This document shows positions 1 through 15,036 of a stretch of DNA of 64,000 nucleotides, one piece after another. Position 1 is the stretch's first letter, and the number at the start of each line of letters is the position of its first letter. Below the pieces are notes generated by a model that was not told the DNA's origin, did no database searches, and saw only the letters and a program-made list of their open reading frames with translations. This stretch comes from Dendrobates tinctorius. Lineage: Eukaryota. The translations under genes and the position numbers were made by a program. The stretch is taken from contig NW_027361856.1 of NCBI RefSeq assembly GCF_039654945.1, forward strand, positions 4,774,001-4,838,000, read 5' to 3'.

Positions 1-94
1 ATCCATCTGGAATAACGGCACATTATAAGTATGATGGACAACACGACATGTGAACCACAGCCCTACTATATCAGAACCCATATCCACACCTAGC

Positions 95-1720
95 ATCCCC
101 TTCTATGTGCTTGTCGTATCCCCGTCCTTCCCCATGTGTCTCTCGTATCCCCATCCTCCCCATGTGCCCCTTGTATCCCTGTCCTCTGCTTTGTTCCCTC
201 GTATCCCCTTCCTCCTTCATATAACCTTCGCGTTCCCTTTCTTCCTCATGTGCCCCTCACATCCTAGTCCTCTATCCTGTGCGCCTCATCCCCGTCCTCC
301 CCCTTGTGCCCCTCGTATCCCCATACTCCTCATGTGCCCCTTGTATTCCTATCCTCTGCCCTGTTTCCCTCGTATTCTCATTCTCTCCCGTGCCCCTCGC
401 ATCCCCTTCCTCCCTCCCTCATATGCCCCTCGCATCCCTTCTCCCTCATGTGCCCCTTCACGTCCCCACCCTTCGTGTCCCTCGCATCCCTGTCCTCTCC
501 CGTGCCATTTGTATCCCATTTCTCTCAATGTGCCCCTCGTATACTTATCCTCTCCCGTGCCCCTCGCTCCCCTTCTTCCTCATACGCTCCTTGTATCCGT
601 CCTCCGTCATGTGCCCCTCATATACCCATCCTCTCCCCTGTGCCCCTCGTGTCCCTTTCCTCCATTGTGTGCCCCTCATGTCCCCTTCTTCCTTCATATG
701 CCCCTCGCATCCCTTCTCCCTCATGTGCCCCTTCACGTCCCCACCCTCCGTGTCCCTCGCATCCCTGTCCTCTCCCGTGCCATTTGTATCCCATTTCTCT
801 CAATGTGCCCCTCGTATACTTATCCTCTCCCATGCCCCTCGCTCCCCTTCTTCCTCATACGCTCCTTGTATCCGTCCTCCGTCATGTGCCCCTCGTATAC
901 CCATCCTCTCCCCTGTGCCCCTCGTGTCCCTTTCCTCCACTGTGTGCCCCTCATGTCCCCTTCTTCCTTCATATGCCCCTCGCGTCCCCTTTCTTCCTCA
1001 TGTGCCTCTCGTATCCACGCCCTTCCCCATGTGTCTCTCATATCCCTGACCTCCCCCATGTGCCCTTAAAATCCATGTCCTCCACCCTGTGCCCCTCAAA
1101 TCCCTGTCTTCCGCCCTGTATACCATCCTTTCCTCTCTGGCCCTCGTGTCCCCTTCCTCCCTTGTGTGCCCCTCACATCCACTTCCTCCCTCATATGCTC
1201 TGAGCGTCCCTCTTCCCCCCCCCATGTGCCCCTCGCATCTCCATCCTCTCACCTGTGCCCCTCGTATCCTTATCCTCCGCCCTGTGCTCCTCTTATTCTA
1301 ATCCTCTTCCATGCCCCTTACGTCCTCTTCCTCCCTTCTATGCCCCTTGTATCCTCATCCTCCACCCATCGTATACTTATCCTTTCCCGTGCCCCTCGCA
1401 TCCCCTTCCTCCTTTGTGTGCCCCTTGCGTCCCTGTTCTCCCCGTGTGCCCGTCATATCCCCATTCTCTCCCCTGTGCCCCTCATATCCCCATCCTGTGC
1501 CCCTGGTGTGCCACTCGAATGCCAGTCCTCCCCCTGTGCCTCCTTCCTCTCTGGCGTCCTCATCCTCCATCTGTGACAGTCGTATCCCTGTCCTCTCCCC
1601 GTGCCCCCTTCCTCCCTCTTGTGCCCCTCTCCTCCATATGTGCCAGTTGTATCACGGTCCTCCCACCTGTGCCCCTTGTCTACCCATCCTCCCCCATGCC
1701 CATCGTATCCCCTCCTCCGC
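95..1720. repeat. Degenerate C/T-rich minisatellite (~27-30 bp unit, TGTGCCCCTCGTATCCCCATCCTC-like) with an internal 275-bp higher-order duplication
   Basis: TGTGCCCCTCG recurs throughout. The block starting ATATGCCCCTCGC occurs at 421, 696 and 971 (275-bp spacing). Overlapping Pro/Cys-rich ORFs are artefacts. Confidence 0.9.
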
Positions 1721-2025
1721 TGTATATACCCCTCTTCTGTATACTCCTGTATATATCTTTCCTGTGTGTGTATATACACCTCTACTTCTCGCCTCCCCTG
1801 TGCATACACCTCTCGTATATAATCTCTCACCTCCCCTGTGTGTAAATATACACTTCTTACCTCCACCACTGCGGGGGCTTCTGGGAGTGCAGATGATGTG
1901 ACCAGGAATTGATGTCATGGTCATGTGACCAGTCACGAGAGAGGAGTGGGAGGAGTTATCTTCTTTCATTCATCTCTCTGGCAACCGGAATAGAGGCTGT
2001 CTGATTTACAACGTGTGGCATTGAC

Positions 2026-5000
2026 ATGATGAGAGGTGCAGGGATTACACAGTATAGGGGGAGATGATGAGAGGTGCAAGGGTTACACAGTATAGGGGGA
2101 GATGATGAGAGGTGCAGGGGTTACACAGTATAGGGGGAGATGATGAGAGGTGCAGGGGTTACACAGTATAGGGGGAGATGATGAGAGGTGCAGGGGTTAC
2201 ACAGTATAGGGGGAGATGATGAGAGGTGCAGGGGTTACACAGTATAGGGGGAGATGATGAGAGGTGCTGGGGTTACACAGTACAGGGCAAGATGATGAGA
2301 GGTGCAGGGGTTACACAGTATAGGGGGAGATGATGAGAGGTGCAGGGGTTACACAGTATAGGGGGAGATGATGAGAGGTGCTGGGGTTACACAGTACAGG
2401 GCAAGATGATGAGAGGTGCAGGGGTTACACAGTATAGGGGGAGATGAGAGGTGCAGGGGTTACACAGTATAGGGGGAGATGATGAGAGGTGCAGGGGTTA
2501 CACAGTATAGGGGGAGATGAGAGGTGCAGGGGTTACACAGTACAGGGCGAGATGATGAGAGGTGCAGGGGTTACACAGTATAGGGGGAGATGATGAGAGG
2601 TGCAGGGGTTACACAGTATAGGGGGAGATGATGAGAGGTGCAGGGGTTACACAGTATAGGGGGAGATGATGAGAGGTGCAGGGGTTACACAATATAGGGG
2701 GAGATGATGAGAGGTGCAGGGATTACACAGTATAGGGGGAGATGATGAGAGGTGCAGGGGTTACACAGTATGGGGTGAGATGATGAGAGGTGCAGGGATT
2801 ACACAGTATAGGGGGAGATGATGAGAGGTGCAGGGGTTACACAATACAGGGCAAGATGATGAGAGATGCAGGGGTTACACAGTATAGGGGGAGATGATGA
2901 GAGGTAGAGGGGTTACACAGTATAGGGTGAGATGATGAGAGATGCAGGGGTTACACAATACAGGGCAAGATGATGAGAGGTGCAGGGGTTACACAGTATA
3001 GGGGGAGATAATGAGAGGTGCAGGGGTAACACAATACAGGGCAAGACGATGAGAGGTCCAGGGGTTACACAGTATAGGGGGAAATGAGAGGTGCAAGGGT
3101 TACACAGTATAGGGGGAGATGATGAGAGGTGCAGGGGTTACACAATACAGGGCAAGATGATGAGAGATGCAGGGGTTACACAGTATAGGGGGAGATGATG
3201 AGAGGTGCAGGGATTACACAGTAAAGGGGGTGATGAGAGGTGCAGGGGTAACACAATACAGGGCAAGATGATGAGAGGTGCAGGGGTTACACAGTATAGG
3301 GGGAAATGAGAGGTGCAAGGGTTACACAGTATAGGGGGAAATGAGAGGTGCAGGGGTTAAACAACACAGGGCAAGAAGAGGAGAGGTGCAGGGGTTACAC
3401 AGTATAGGGGGAGATGATGAGAGATGCAGGGGTTACACAATATAGGGGGAGATGATGAGAGGTGCAGGGATTACACAGTATAGGGGGAGATGATGAGAGG
3501 TGCAGGGATTACACAGTATAGGGGGAAATGATGAGAGGTGCAGGGATTACACAGTATAGGGGGAGATGATGAGAGGTGCAGGGATTACACAGTATAGGGG
3601 GAGATGATGAGAGGTGCAGGGGTTACACAGTATAGGGGGTGATAATGAGAGGTGCAGGGGTAACACAATACAGGGCAAGATGATGAGAGGTGCAGGGGTT
3701 ACACAGTATAGGGGGAGATAATGAGAGGTGCAGGGGTAACACAATACAGGGCAAGACGATGAGAGGTCCAGGGGTTACACAGTATAGGGGGAAATGAGAG
3801 GTGCAAGGGTTACACAGTATAGGGGGAAATGAGAGGTGCAGGGGTTACACAATACAGGGCAAGATGAGAGGTGCAGGGGTTACACAGTATAGGGGGAGAT
3901 GATGAGAGATGCAGGGGTTACACAGCATAGGGGATGATAATGAGAGGTGCAGGGGTAACACAAAACAGGGCAAGATGATGAGAGGTGCAGGGGTTACACA
4001 GTATAGGGGGAGATGAGAGGTGCAGGGGTTACACAATACAGGGCGAGATGATGAGAGATGCAGGGGTTACACAGTATAGGGGAAATGAGAGGTGCAAGGG
4101 TTACACAGTATAGGGGAAATGAGAGGTGCAGGGGTTACACAATACAGGGCAAGAAGATGAGAGGTGTTACACAGTATAGGGGGAGATGATGAGAGGTGCA
4201 GGGGTTACACAGTATAGGGGGAGATGGGAGGTGCAGGGGTTACACAGTACAGGTCCCGATGAGAGGTGCAGGGGTTACACAGTACAGGACGCGATGATGA
4301 GAGGTGCAGGAGTTACACAGTATAGGGGGAGATGATGAGAGGTGCAGGGGTTACACAGTATAGGGGAAGATGATGAGAGGTGCAGGGGTTACACAGTATA
4401 GGGGGAAATTATGAGAGGTGCAGGGGTTGCACAGGTATAGGGGGAGATGATGAGAGGTGCAGGGGTTACACAGTATAGGGGGAGATGATGAGAGGTGCAG
4501 GGGTTACACAGTACAGGGCGCGATGAGAGGTGCAGGGCTTACACAGTACAGGGCGATATGATGAGAGGTGCAGGGGTTACACAGTATAGGGGGAAATGAT
4601 GAGAGGTGCAGGGGTTACACAGTACAGGGCGCGATGATGAGAGGTGCAGGGGTTACACAGTATAGGGGGAGATAATGAGAGGTGCTGGGGTTACACAATA
4701 CAGGGCGAGATGATGAGAGATGCAGGGGTTACACAGTATAGGGGGAGATGAGAGGTGCAAGGGTTACACAGTATAGGGGGAAATGATGAGGTGCAGGGGT
4801 TACACAATACAGGGCAAGAAGATGAGAGGTGCAGGGGTTACACAGTATAGGGGGAGATGATGAGAGGTGCAGGGGTTACACAGTATAGGGCTAGATGATG
4901 AGAGGTGCAGGGGTTACACAGTATAGAGGGAAATGAGAGATGCAGGGGTTACACAGTATAGGGGGAAATGATGAGAGGTGCAGGAGTTACACAGTACAGG

Positions 5001-8000
5001 GCAAGATGATGATAGGTGCAGGGGTTACACAGTATAGGGGGAGATAATGAGAGGTGCAGGGGTAACACAATACAGGGCAAGATGATGAGAGGTGCAGGGG
5101 TTACACAATACAGGGCGAGATGATGAGAGATGCAGGGGTTACACAGTATAGGGGGAGATGATGAGAGGTGCAGGGGTAACACAATACAGGGTGAGATGAT
5201 GAGAGGTGCAGGGGTTACACAGTATAGGGGGAAATGATGAGAGGTGCAGGGGTTACACAGTATAGGTGGAAATAATGAGAGGTGCAGGGGTTACACAGTA
5301 TAGGGGGAGATAATGAGAGGTGCAGGGGTTACACAATACAGGGTGAGATGATGAGAGGTGTGGGGGTTACAAAGTATAGGGGGAGATGATGAGAGGTGCA
5401 GGGGTTACACAATACAGGGCAAGATGATGAGAGGTGCAGGGGTTACACAATACAGGGTGAGATGATGAGAGGTGCGGGGGTTACACAGTACAGGGGGAAA
5501 TGATGAGAGGTGCAGGGGTTACACAATACAGGGCAAGAAGATGAGAGGTGCAGGGGTTACACAGTATAGGGGGAGATGATGAGAGGTGCAGGGGTTACAC
5601 AGTATAGGGGGAGATGATGAGAGATGCAGGGGTTACACAGTATAGGGGGAGATGATGAGAGGTGCAGGGGTAACACAATACAAGGTGAGATGATGAGAGG
5701 TGCAGGGGTTATACAGTATAGGGGGAAATGATGAGAGGTGCAGGGGTTACACAGTATAGGTGGAAATAATGAGAGGTGCAGGGGTTACACAGTATAGGGG
5801 GAGATAATGAGAGGTGCATACAGGGTGAGATGATGAGAGGTGCAGGGGTTACACAGTATAGGGGGAGATGATGAGAGGTGCAGGGGTTACACAGTATAGG
5901 GGGAGATGAGAGGTGCAAGGGTTACACAGTATAGGGGGAAATGATGAGGTGCAGGGGTTACACAATACAGGGCAAGAAGATGAGAGGTGCAGGGGTTACA
6001 CAGTATAGGGGGAGATGATGAGAGGTGCAGGGGTTACACAGTATAGGGCTAGATGATGAGAGGTGCAGGGGTTACACAGTATAGAGGGAAATGAGAGATG
6101 CAGGGGTTACACAGTATAGGGGGAAATGATGAGAGGTGCAGGAGTTACACAGTACAGGGCAAGATGATGATAGGTGCAGGGGTTACACAGTATAGGGGGA
6201 GATAATGAGAGGTGCAGGGGTAACACAATACAGGGCAAGATGATGAGAGGTGCAGGGGTTACACAATACAGGGCGAGATGATGAGAGATGCAGGGGTTAC
6301 ACAGTATAGGGGGAGATGATGAGAGGTGCAGGGGTAACACAATACAGGGTGAGATGATGAGAGGTGCAGGGGTTACACAGTATAGGGGGAAATGATGAGA
6401 GGTGCAGGGGTTACACAGTATAGGTGGAAATAATGAGAGGTGCAGGGGTTACACAGTATAGGGGGAGATAATGAGAGGTGCAGGGGTTACACAATACAGG
6501 GTGAGATGATGAGAGGTGTGGGGGTTACAAAGTATAGGGGGAGATGATGAGAGGTGCAGGGGTTACACAATACAGGGCAAGATGATGAGAGGTGCAGGGG
6601 TTACACAATACAGGGTGAGATGATGAGAGGTGCGGGGGTTACACAGTACAGGGGGAAATGATGAGAGGTGCAGGGGTTACACAATACAGGGCAAGAAGAT
6701 GAGAGGTGCAGGGGTTACACAGTATAGGGGGAGATGATGAGAGGTGCAGGGGTTACACAGTATAGGGGGAGATGATGAGAGATGCAGGGGTTACACAGTA
6801 TAGGGGGAGATGATGAGAGGTGCAGGGGTAACACAATACAAGGTGAGATGATGAGAGGTGCAGGGGTTATACAGTATAGGGGGAAATGATGAGAGGTGCA
6901 GGGGTTACACAGTATAGGTGGAAATAATGAGAGGTGCAGGGGTTACACAGTATAGGGGGAGATAATGAGAGGTGCATACAGGGTGAGATGATGAGAGGTG
7001 CAGGGGTTACACAGTATAGGGGGAGATGATGAGAGGTGCAGGGGTTACACAATACAGGGCAAGATGATGAGAGGTGCAGGGGTTACACAGTACAGGGGGA
7101 AATGATGAGAGGTGCAGGGGTTACACAATACAGGGCAAGAAGATGAGAGGTGCAGGGGTTACACAGTATAGGGGGAGATGATGAGAGGTGCAGGGGTTAC
7201 ACAGTATAGGGGGAGATGATGAGAGATGCAGGGGTTACACAGTATAGGGGGAGATGATGAGAATGAGAGGTGCAGGGGTAACACAATACAAGGTGAGATG
7301 ATGAGAGATGCAGGGGTTACACAGTATAGGGGGAGATGATGAGAGGTGCAGGGGTAACAATACAAGGTGAGATGATGAGAGGTGCAGGGGTTACACAGTA
7401 TAAGGGGAAATGATGAGAGGTGCAGCGGTTACACAGTATAGGGGGAGATGATGAGAGGTGCAGGGGTAACACAATACAGGGTGAGATGATGAGAGGTGCG
7501 GGGGTTACACAGTATAGGGGGAGATGATGAGAGGTGCAGGGGTTACACAATACAGGGCAAGATGATGAGAGGTGCAGGGGTTACATAGTATAGGGGGAGA
7601 TAATGAGAGGCGCAGGGGTTACACAATACAGGGCAAGATGATGAGAGGTGCAGGGGTTACACAGTATAGGGGGAGATGATGAGAGGTGCAGGGGTTACAC
7701 AGTATAGGGGGAAATGATGAGAGGTGCAGGGGTTACACAGTATAGGTGGAAATAATGAGAGGTGCAGGGGTTACACAGTATAGGGGGAGATAATGAGAGG
7801 TGCAGGGGTTACACAATACAGGGTGAGATGATGAGAGGTGCGGGGGTTACAAAGTATAGGGGGAGATGATGAGAGGTGCAGGGGTTACACAATACAGGGC
7901 AAGATGATGAGAGGTGCAGGGGTTACACAATACAGGGTGAGATGATGAGAGGTGCGGGGGTTACACAGTACAGGGGGAAATGATGAGAGGTGCAGGGGTT

Positions 8001-11000
8001 ACACAATACAGGGCAAGAAGATGAGAGGTGCAGGGGTTACACAGTATAGGGGGAGATGATGAGAGGTGCAGGGGTTACACAGTATAGGGGGAGATGATGA
8101 GAGATGCAGGGGTTACACAGTATAGGGGGAGATGATGAGAGGTGCAGGGGTAACACAATACAAGGTGAGATGATGAGAGGTGCAGGGGTTATACAGTATA
8201 GGGGGAAATGATGAGAGGTGCAGGGGTTACACAGTATAGGTGGAAATAATGAGAGGTGCAGGGGTTACACAGTATAGGGGGAGATAATGAGAGGTGCATA
8301 CAGGGTGAGATGATGAGAGGTGCAGGGGTTACACAGTATAGGGGGAGATGATGAGCGGTGCAGGGGTTACACAATACAGGGCAAGATGATGAGAGGTGCA
8401 GGGGTTACACAGTACAGGGGGAAATGATGAGAGGTGCAGGGGTTACACAATACAGGGCAAGAAGATGAGAGGTGCAGGGGTTACACAGTATAGGGGGAGA
8501 TGATGAGAGGTGCAGGGGTTACACAGTATAGGGGGAGATGATGAGAGATGCAGGGGTTACACAGTATAGGGGGAGATGATGAGAGGTGCAGGGGTAACAC
8601 AATACAAGGTGAGATGATGAGAGATGCAGGGGTTACACAGTATAGGGGGAGATGATGAGAGGTGCAGGGGTAACAATACAAGGTGAGATGATGAGAGGTG
8701 CAGGGGTTACACAGTATAAGGGGAAATGATGAGAGGTGCAGCGGTTACACAGTATAGGGGGAGATGATGAGAGGTGCAGGGGTAACACAATACAGGGTGA
8801 GATGATGAGAGGTGCGGGGGTTACACAGTATAGGGGGAGATGATGAGAGGTGCAGGGGTTACACAATACAGGGCAAGATGATGAGAGGTGCAGGGGTTAC
8901 ATAGTATAGGGGGAGATAATGAGAGGCGCAGGGGTTACACAATACAGGGCAAGATGATGAGAGGTGCAGGGGTTACACAGTATAGGGGGAGATGATGAGA
9001 GGTGCAGGGGTTACACAATACAGGGCAAGATGATGAGAGGTGCAGGGGTTACACAGTATAGGGGGAGATGATGAGAGGTGCAGGGGTAACACAATGCAGG
9101 GTGAGATGATAAGAGGTGCAGGGGTTACACAGTATAGGGGGAAATGATGAGAGGTGCAGGGGTTACACAATACAGGGCAAGATGATGAGAGGTGCAGGGG
9201 TTACACAGTATAGGGGGAGATAATGAGAGGTGCAGGGGTTACACAATACAGGGCAAGATGATGAGAGATGCAGGGGTTACACAGTATAGGGGGAGATGAT
9301 GAGAGGTGCAGGGGTTACACTGTATAGGGGGAGATAATGAGAGGTGCAGGGGTTACACAATACAGGGCAATATGATGAGAGATGCAGGGGTTACACAGTA
9401 TAGGGGGAGATGATGAGAGGTGCAGGTGTAACACAATACAGGGTGAGATGATGAGAGGTACAGGGGTTACACAGTATAGGGGGAAATGAGAGGTGTAGGG
9501 GATACACAGTATAGGGGGAAATGATGAGAGTTGCAGGGGTTACACAGTATAGGGGGAGAAGATGAGAGGTACAGGGGTTACTCAGTCTGGGATGGAGATA
9601 ATGAGAGGGTCTAGTGTTACTCAGTCTGGGGTGGAGATGATGAGAGGGTCTGGGTTACTCAGTCTGGGATGGAGATGATGAAAAGTGCAGGGATTACATA
9701 ATAAGGGCAGTGATGAGAGGTGCAGGGGTTACACAGTATGGGGGGAGATGAGAGGTGCAGGGGTTACACAGTATAAGGGGAAATGATGAGAGGTGCAGGG
9801 GTTACACATTATAGAGGGAGATGATGAGAGGTGCAGGGGTTACACAGTATAGGGGTGAGAAGATGAGAGGTGCAGGGGTTACACAGTCTGGGGTGGAGAT
9901 GATGAGAGGGTCTGGGGTTACTCAGTCTGGGATGGAGATGATGAGAGGGTCTGGGGTTACTCAGTATGGGGTGGAGATGATGAGAGGGTCTAGTGTTACT
10001 CATTCTGGGATGGAGATGATGAGAGGGTCTGGGGTTACTCAGTATGGGGTGGAGATGATGAGAGGGTCTAGTGTTACTCATTCTGGGATGGAGATGATGA
10101 GAGGGTCTGGGGTTACTCAGTCTGGGGTGGAGATGATGAGAGGGTCTAGTGTTAGTCTGGGATGGAGACGATGAGAGGGCCTGAGGTTACTCAGTCTGGG
10201 ATGGAGATGATGAGAGGGTCTGGGGTTACTCAGTCTGCGATGGAGATGATGAGAGGGTCTGGGGTGGAGATGATGAGAGGGTCTGGGGTTACTCAGTCTG
10301 GGATGGAGATGATGAAAAGTGCAGGGATTACACAATAAGGGGGGCAGTGATGAGAGGTGCAGGGATTACACAGTATGGTGGGAGAAGAGAGGTGCAGGGG
10401 TTACACAGTTTGCGGGAAGATGAGAGGTGCAGGTGTTACACAGTATGGTGGAGATGATGAGGGGCTGTGGTTACACAGTATGGTGGAGATGATGAATGAG
10501 AGGAGCTGGGGTTACACAGCATAGGTGATGATTAGCAGTGCAAGGGTTACACAGTACAGGGGGAGATGATGAGAGGTGCAGGGGTTACACAGTATAGGGG
10601 GAGATGATGAGCGGTGCAGGCGTTACACAGTATAGGGGGAGATGATGAGAGGTGCAGGGGTTACACAGTATAGGGGGAGATGATGAGAGGTGCAGGGGTT
10701 ACACAGTATAGGGGGAGATGATGAGAGGTACAGGGGTTACACAGTATAGGGGGAGATGATGAGAGGTGCAGGGGTTACACAGTATAGGGGGAGATGATGA
10801 GCGGTACAGGCAGGGCCGGACTGGATATCTGGCAATTCTGGCAAATGCCAGAAGGGCCTGTCTGGTTGTGGGCTGCCTTGTCTGTTACGTTGCTAACAGA
10901 ATCTGTGTTCTTAAGACTCCCATACTATTAAGAGTTGTGATGGAGCACAACGTCGCTGACACAATCACTTACCCCAGCAGGCCACGGGTATTATTAGAAA

Positions 11001-14000
11001 TAATGGGCTTGTAGTATATCTTGCTTTCCTCCATCCAGGGTAATATTAGTAATACATCCCCATCTGGTGCTTGGGGACGGGGACGGCCTGGGCCTGTGTG
11101 ATTTCAAATGCCAGGGCTGAATTTCAGCCCCAGGCCGTACCTGGGTACAGGGGTTACACAGTCTGGGGTGGAGATGATGAGAAGGTCTGGGGTTACTCAG
11201 TCTGGGATGGAGATGATGAGCGGGTCTGGGGTTATTCAGTCTGGGGTGGAGATGATGAACGGGTCTGTGTTACTCAGTCTGGGGTGGAGAATATGAAAAG
11301 TGCAGGGGTTACACAATAAGAGGGGCAGTGATGAGAGGTGCAGGGGTTACACAGTATGGGAGGAGATGAGAGGTGCAGGGGTTATACAGTATGGTGGAGA
11401 TGATGAATGAGAGGCGCTGGGGATACAGTATAGGTGATGATTAGCGGTGCAGGGGTTACACAGTACAGGGGGAGATGATGAGAGGTGCAGGGGTTACTCA
11501 GTCGGGTGGAGATGATGAGAGGGTCTGGGGTTACTCAGTCTGGGGTATAGATGATGAGAGGGTCTGGGGTTACTCAGTCTGGGGTGGAGATGATGAGAGG
11601 GTCTGGGGTTACTCAGTCTGGGGTGGAGATGATGAGAGGGTCTGGGGTTACTCAGTCTGGGGTGGAGATAATGAGGGTCTGGGGTTACTCAGTCTGGGGT
11701 GGAGATGATGAGAGGGTCTGGGGTTACTCAGTCTGGGGTGGAGATGATGAGAGGGTCTGGGGTTACTCAGTCTAGGGTGGAGATGATGAGAGGGTCTCGG
11801 GTTTCTCAGTCTTGGGTGGAGAAGATGAAAAGTGCAGGGGTTACACAATAAGAGGGCAGTGATGAGAGGTGCAGGGATTACACAGTATGGGGGGAGATGA
11901 GAGTTGCAGGGGTTACACAGTTTGCGGGAAGATGAGAGGTGCAGGTGTTACACAGTATGGTGGAGATGATGAGGGGCTGTGGTTACACAGTATGGTGGAG
12001 ATGATGAATGAGAGGAGCTGGGGTTACACAGTCTGGGAGGGGGATGATGAGAGGGGCAGGGGTTTACACTGTATAGGGGGAGATGATGAGAGGAGTTGGG
12101 GGTTACAAGGTGTTGTGGAGATAATAAGAGGTGCAGGTGTTACACAGTATGGGGTGTAAATAGAGGGGCTGGGGTTACTCAGTTCGTGGCGGAGATGATG
12201 AGAGGTGTGGGGGTTACACAGTATGGTGGAGATGATGAGAAGTGTGAGGGTGACACAGTATAGGGGTAGAAGAGAGGTGTGGTACTGATGCACTATGGGG
12301 GGGGTGATGAGGTGGCCGAGGTTACACCGTATGGGGGGCGATAATGAGATGTGCAGGGTTACACATTATGGGGTGGACATGATGCTGGGGTGACAAAGGG
12401 GGTTACACAGTATGGTGGAGATGATGAGAGGTGCAGGGGTTACAAAGTATATGAGGTGAGATGATGACAGGTTTAGGGGTTAAACAGTATGGGGGGATGA
12501 TGAAAGCTGCATAAGTGAGAGTATAGGAAGGAGATTATGAGGGGATAGAGGTTACAGAGTATGGGGGAGATGATGAGAGGTCCAGGGCTTACAGTATGGG
12601 GAATGATGAGAAGTGTGGGAGTGACACAGTATGGGAGGGAGATGAGGAGGCAGGGGTTACACAATATGGGCGGAGATGATGAGGTATGGGGTGACACAGT
12701 AGGGAGATGAGAGGTGCAGGGGATACACAGTATAAGGGAGATGATGAGAAGGTTACACAGTATAGGATTGAGAAGATGAGAAGGTGTGGGGGTGACAGAG
12801 TATGGGAGGAGGATATAATGAGAGGTGCAGGGATGACACAGTATGGGGGGAGGATATGATGAGAGGTGCGGGGGTGACACAGTATAGGGTGGAGATGATG
12901 AGTGGTTGGGGTTTACACAGTAATGGGGGGAGATGATGAGAGGTGAAGGGGTTACACAGTACGGGGAAAGATGATGAGAGGTGCTGGGGTTACACAGTAT
13001 AGGGTGGAGATGATGAGAGGTTTTTGTGATTACACAGTATGGTGGAGATGATGATAGGTGCGGGGGTTACACAGTATGGGGGGTGTTGAGAGGTGCAGGG
13101 GTTACACAGTATAGGGTGGAGATGATGAGAGGGGCTGGGGTTACACAGTATAGAATGGAGATGATGAGAGGTGCAGGGGTTACACAGTATGGGGGAGATG
13201 AGAGGTGCGGGGGTTACACAGTATAGGGGGATGAGAGGTTTGGTAATTACACATTATGGGGAAATGATGAGGGGCTGCGGTTACACAGTATGGGGAGATG
13301 ATGAGAGGTACGGGCGTTACACAGTATAGAGTGTAGATTATGAGAGGTGTGTTGATTACACAGTATGAAGGAGATCATGAGAGGGGCTGGGGTTACAAAG
13401 TATGGGGAGATGATGAAAGGTTCGGGGATTACACAGTATGGGGGGAGATGAAAGGTGCAGGGGTTACACAGTATGGGGGAGATGAGAGGTGCAGGGGTTA
13501 CACAGTATGGGGGAGATGAGAGATGATGGGGTTACACAGTATGCGGTGGAGATGATGAGATGTGTGGGGATTACAAAGTATGAGATGATGAGAGGGGCTA
13601 GGATTACACAGTACAGAGTGGAGATGAGGACATGTGCGGGGATTACACAGTGTTGGATGGAAATGATGAGAGGTGCAGGGGTTGCACAGTATGGGGGAGA
13701 TGAGCGGTGCGGGGGTTACACAGTATGGTGGAGATGATTTGAGATGCGGGAATTAAACAGTATAGGGGGAGAGGTTGAGAGGGCTGAGGTTACACAGTAT
13801 GGGGGGAGATGATGAGATGTACAGGCATTACACAGTATACAGTAGAGATGATGAGACATGCAGGGATTACACTGTGGGATGGAAATGATGAGAGGTGCAG
13901 GGGTTACACAGTTTGGTGGAGATTATGTGAAAAGCAGGGATTACACAGTATGGGGGAAATGAGAAGATGATCAGGCATTACACAGTATAGAGTAGAGATG

Positions 14001-14860
14001 ATGAAACGTGCGAGGATTACACAGTATAGGATGGAAATGAGAGGTGCGGGGGTTACACAGTATGGCGGGAGATGATGAGAGGTTCAGACATTACACCGTA
14101 GAGTGGAGATGATGAGAGGTGCTGAGGTTACACAGTATGGGGGGATGATGGGAGGTGCAGGGGTTATACAGTATGGGGGAGAGGATGAGGTGGAGGAGGT
14201 TGAAGAGGATGGAATGGAGATAAGAGTTGCGGGGCTAACGCAGGATTTGGAGAAATTATGAGGGGGCAGAAGTTACACAGTATGGGGTGGAGATGATGAG
14301 AGGTTTGGGGTTGACACAGTATGGGGGGACATGAGAGGTGCAGAGCTGACGTATAGGGGACAGATGATGAGGGGGCAGAAGTTTCACAGTATTGGGAGCA
14401 GAAGGGGTTGGTTATATAGTTTGAGTGGAGGAGATAGTGAAGGGTGCGGAGGTCATACAGTATGGGAGGATTATGAGAGATGTGGGAAGATACAGTATAC
14501 GGGGGAGATGAGAGGGCGGAGGTTACACAGTATTGGGAGGAGATGAGACATGGTTGTTTATATAGTATGGGTGAAGGAGATGAGTGGTACAAGGGTGACA
14601 CAGTATGGAGGAGATGAGAGATTTGGAGCTGACGAAGTATGGGAGTGAGATGATGAGGGGTGAAGGTCACACAGTGTGGGGGGAGATGAGTGGAGGAGGG
14701 TACACAGTACAGGGTGCTGATAAGAGGTGTGGGATTAAAGCAGGAGGGGTGATGCCCACAGAGGTTAGAGAGAATGATGAGGGGGCAGAGGTTTACAGTA
14801 TGAGGGGGATAAAAGGTGCAATGGTTACAGAATGTGGTGGAGGGAGATGAGAGATGTGGT
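2026..14860. repeat. 38-bp G-rich minisatellite ATGATGAGAGGTGCAGGGGTTACACAGTATAGGGGGAG, ~12.8 kb, downstream of SYT11
   Basis: Unit read directly. Fairly homogeneous at 2026-9550, a CTCAGTCTGGGGTGG variant at ~9580-11850, then increasingly degenerate to ~14860. Confidence 0.95.
10811..11143. mobile_element. Non-autonomous hAT-type DNA transposon (MITE), 333 bp, inserted in the 38-bp satellite
   Basis: Imperfect TIRs CAGGGCCGGACTGG / CCAGGCCGTACCTG. Perfect 8-bp target-site duplication GGTACAGG at 10803-10810 and 11144-11151; an 8-bp TSD is typical of hAT. Confidence 0.85.
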
Positions 14861-15030
14861 GGTGGTGGTTAAGGGTTGCAGTTTGGGTGTGAGCATTTTG
14901 CATGTTCCTTAGTACAGGGATAGTATTACAGCTGTGAAATAGTGTCAGTGATTTACAGTAAGGTGGGACTGCAGGCGGGTGATGTCACTCAGTACAGATA
15001 ATGATGTCATACTGTTCCAGTGAATCAGTC

Positions 15031-15036
15031 TTTATT
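15031..15036 (-). terminator. Candidate polyadenylation signal (AATAAA) ending a long SYT11 3' UTR
   Basis: TTTATT on the + strand in unique sequence next to the 38-bp satellite. It is the first canonical AATAAA I could find downstream of the SYT11 stop; an ATTAAA variant lies near 18127-18132. Confidence 0.45.

Noticed and set aside
1870-2025. Short unique island with GGTCATGTGACC (E-box-like)
   Set aside because: No associated exon or clear element ends. Could be a repeat remnant, so too weak to call.
1-15000. RIT1, the expected neighbour downstream of SYT11 in human synteny
   Set aside because: No Ras-family coding sequence is visible in this window.
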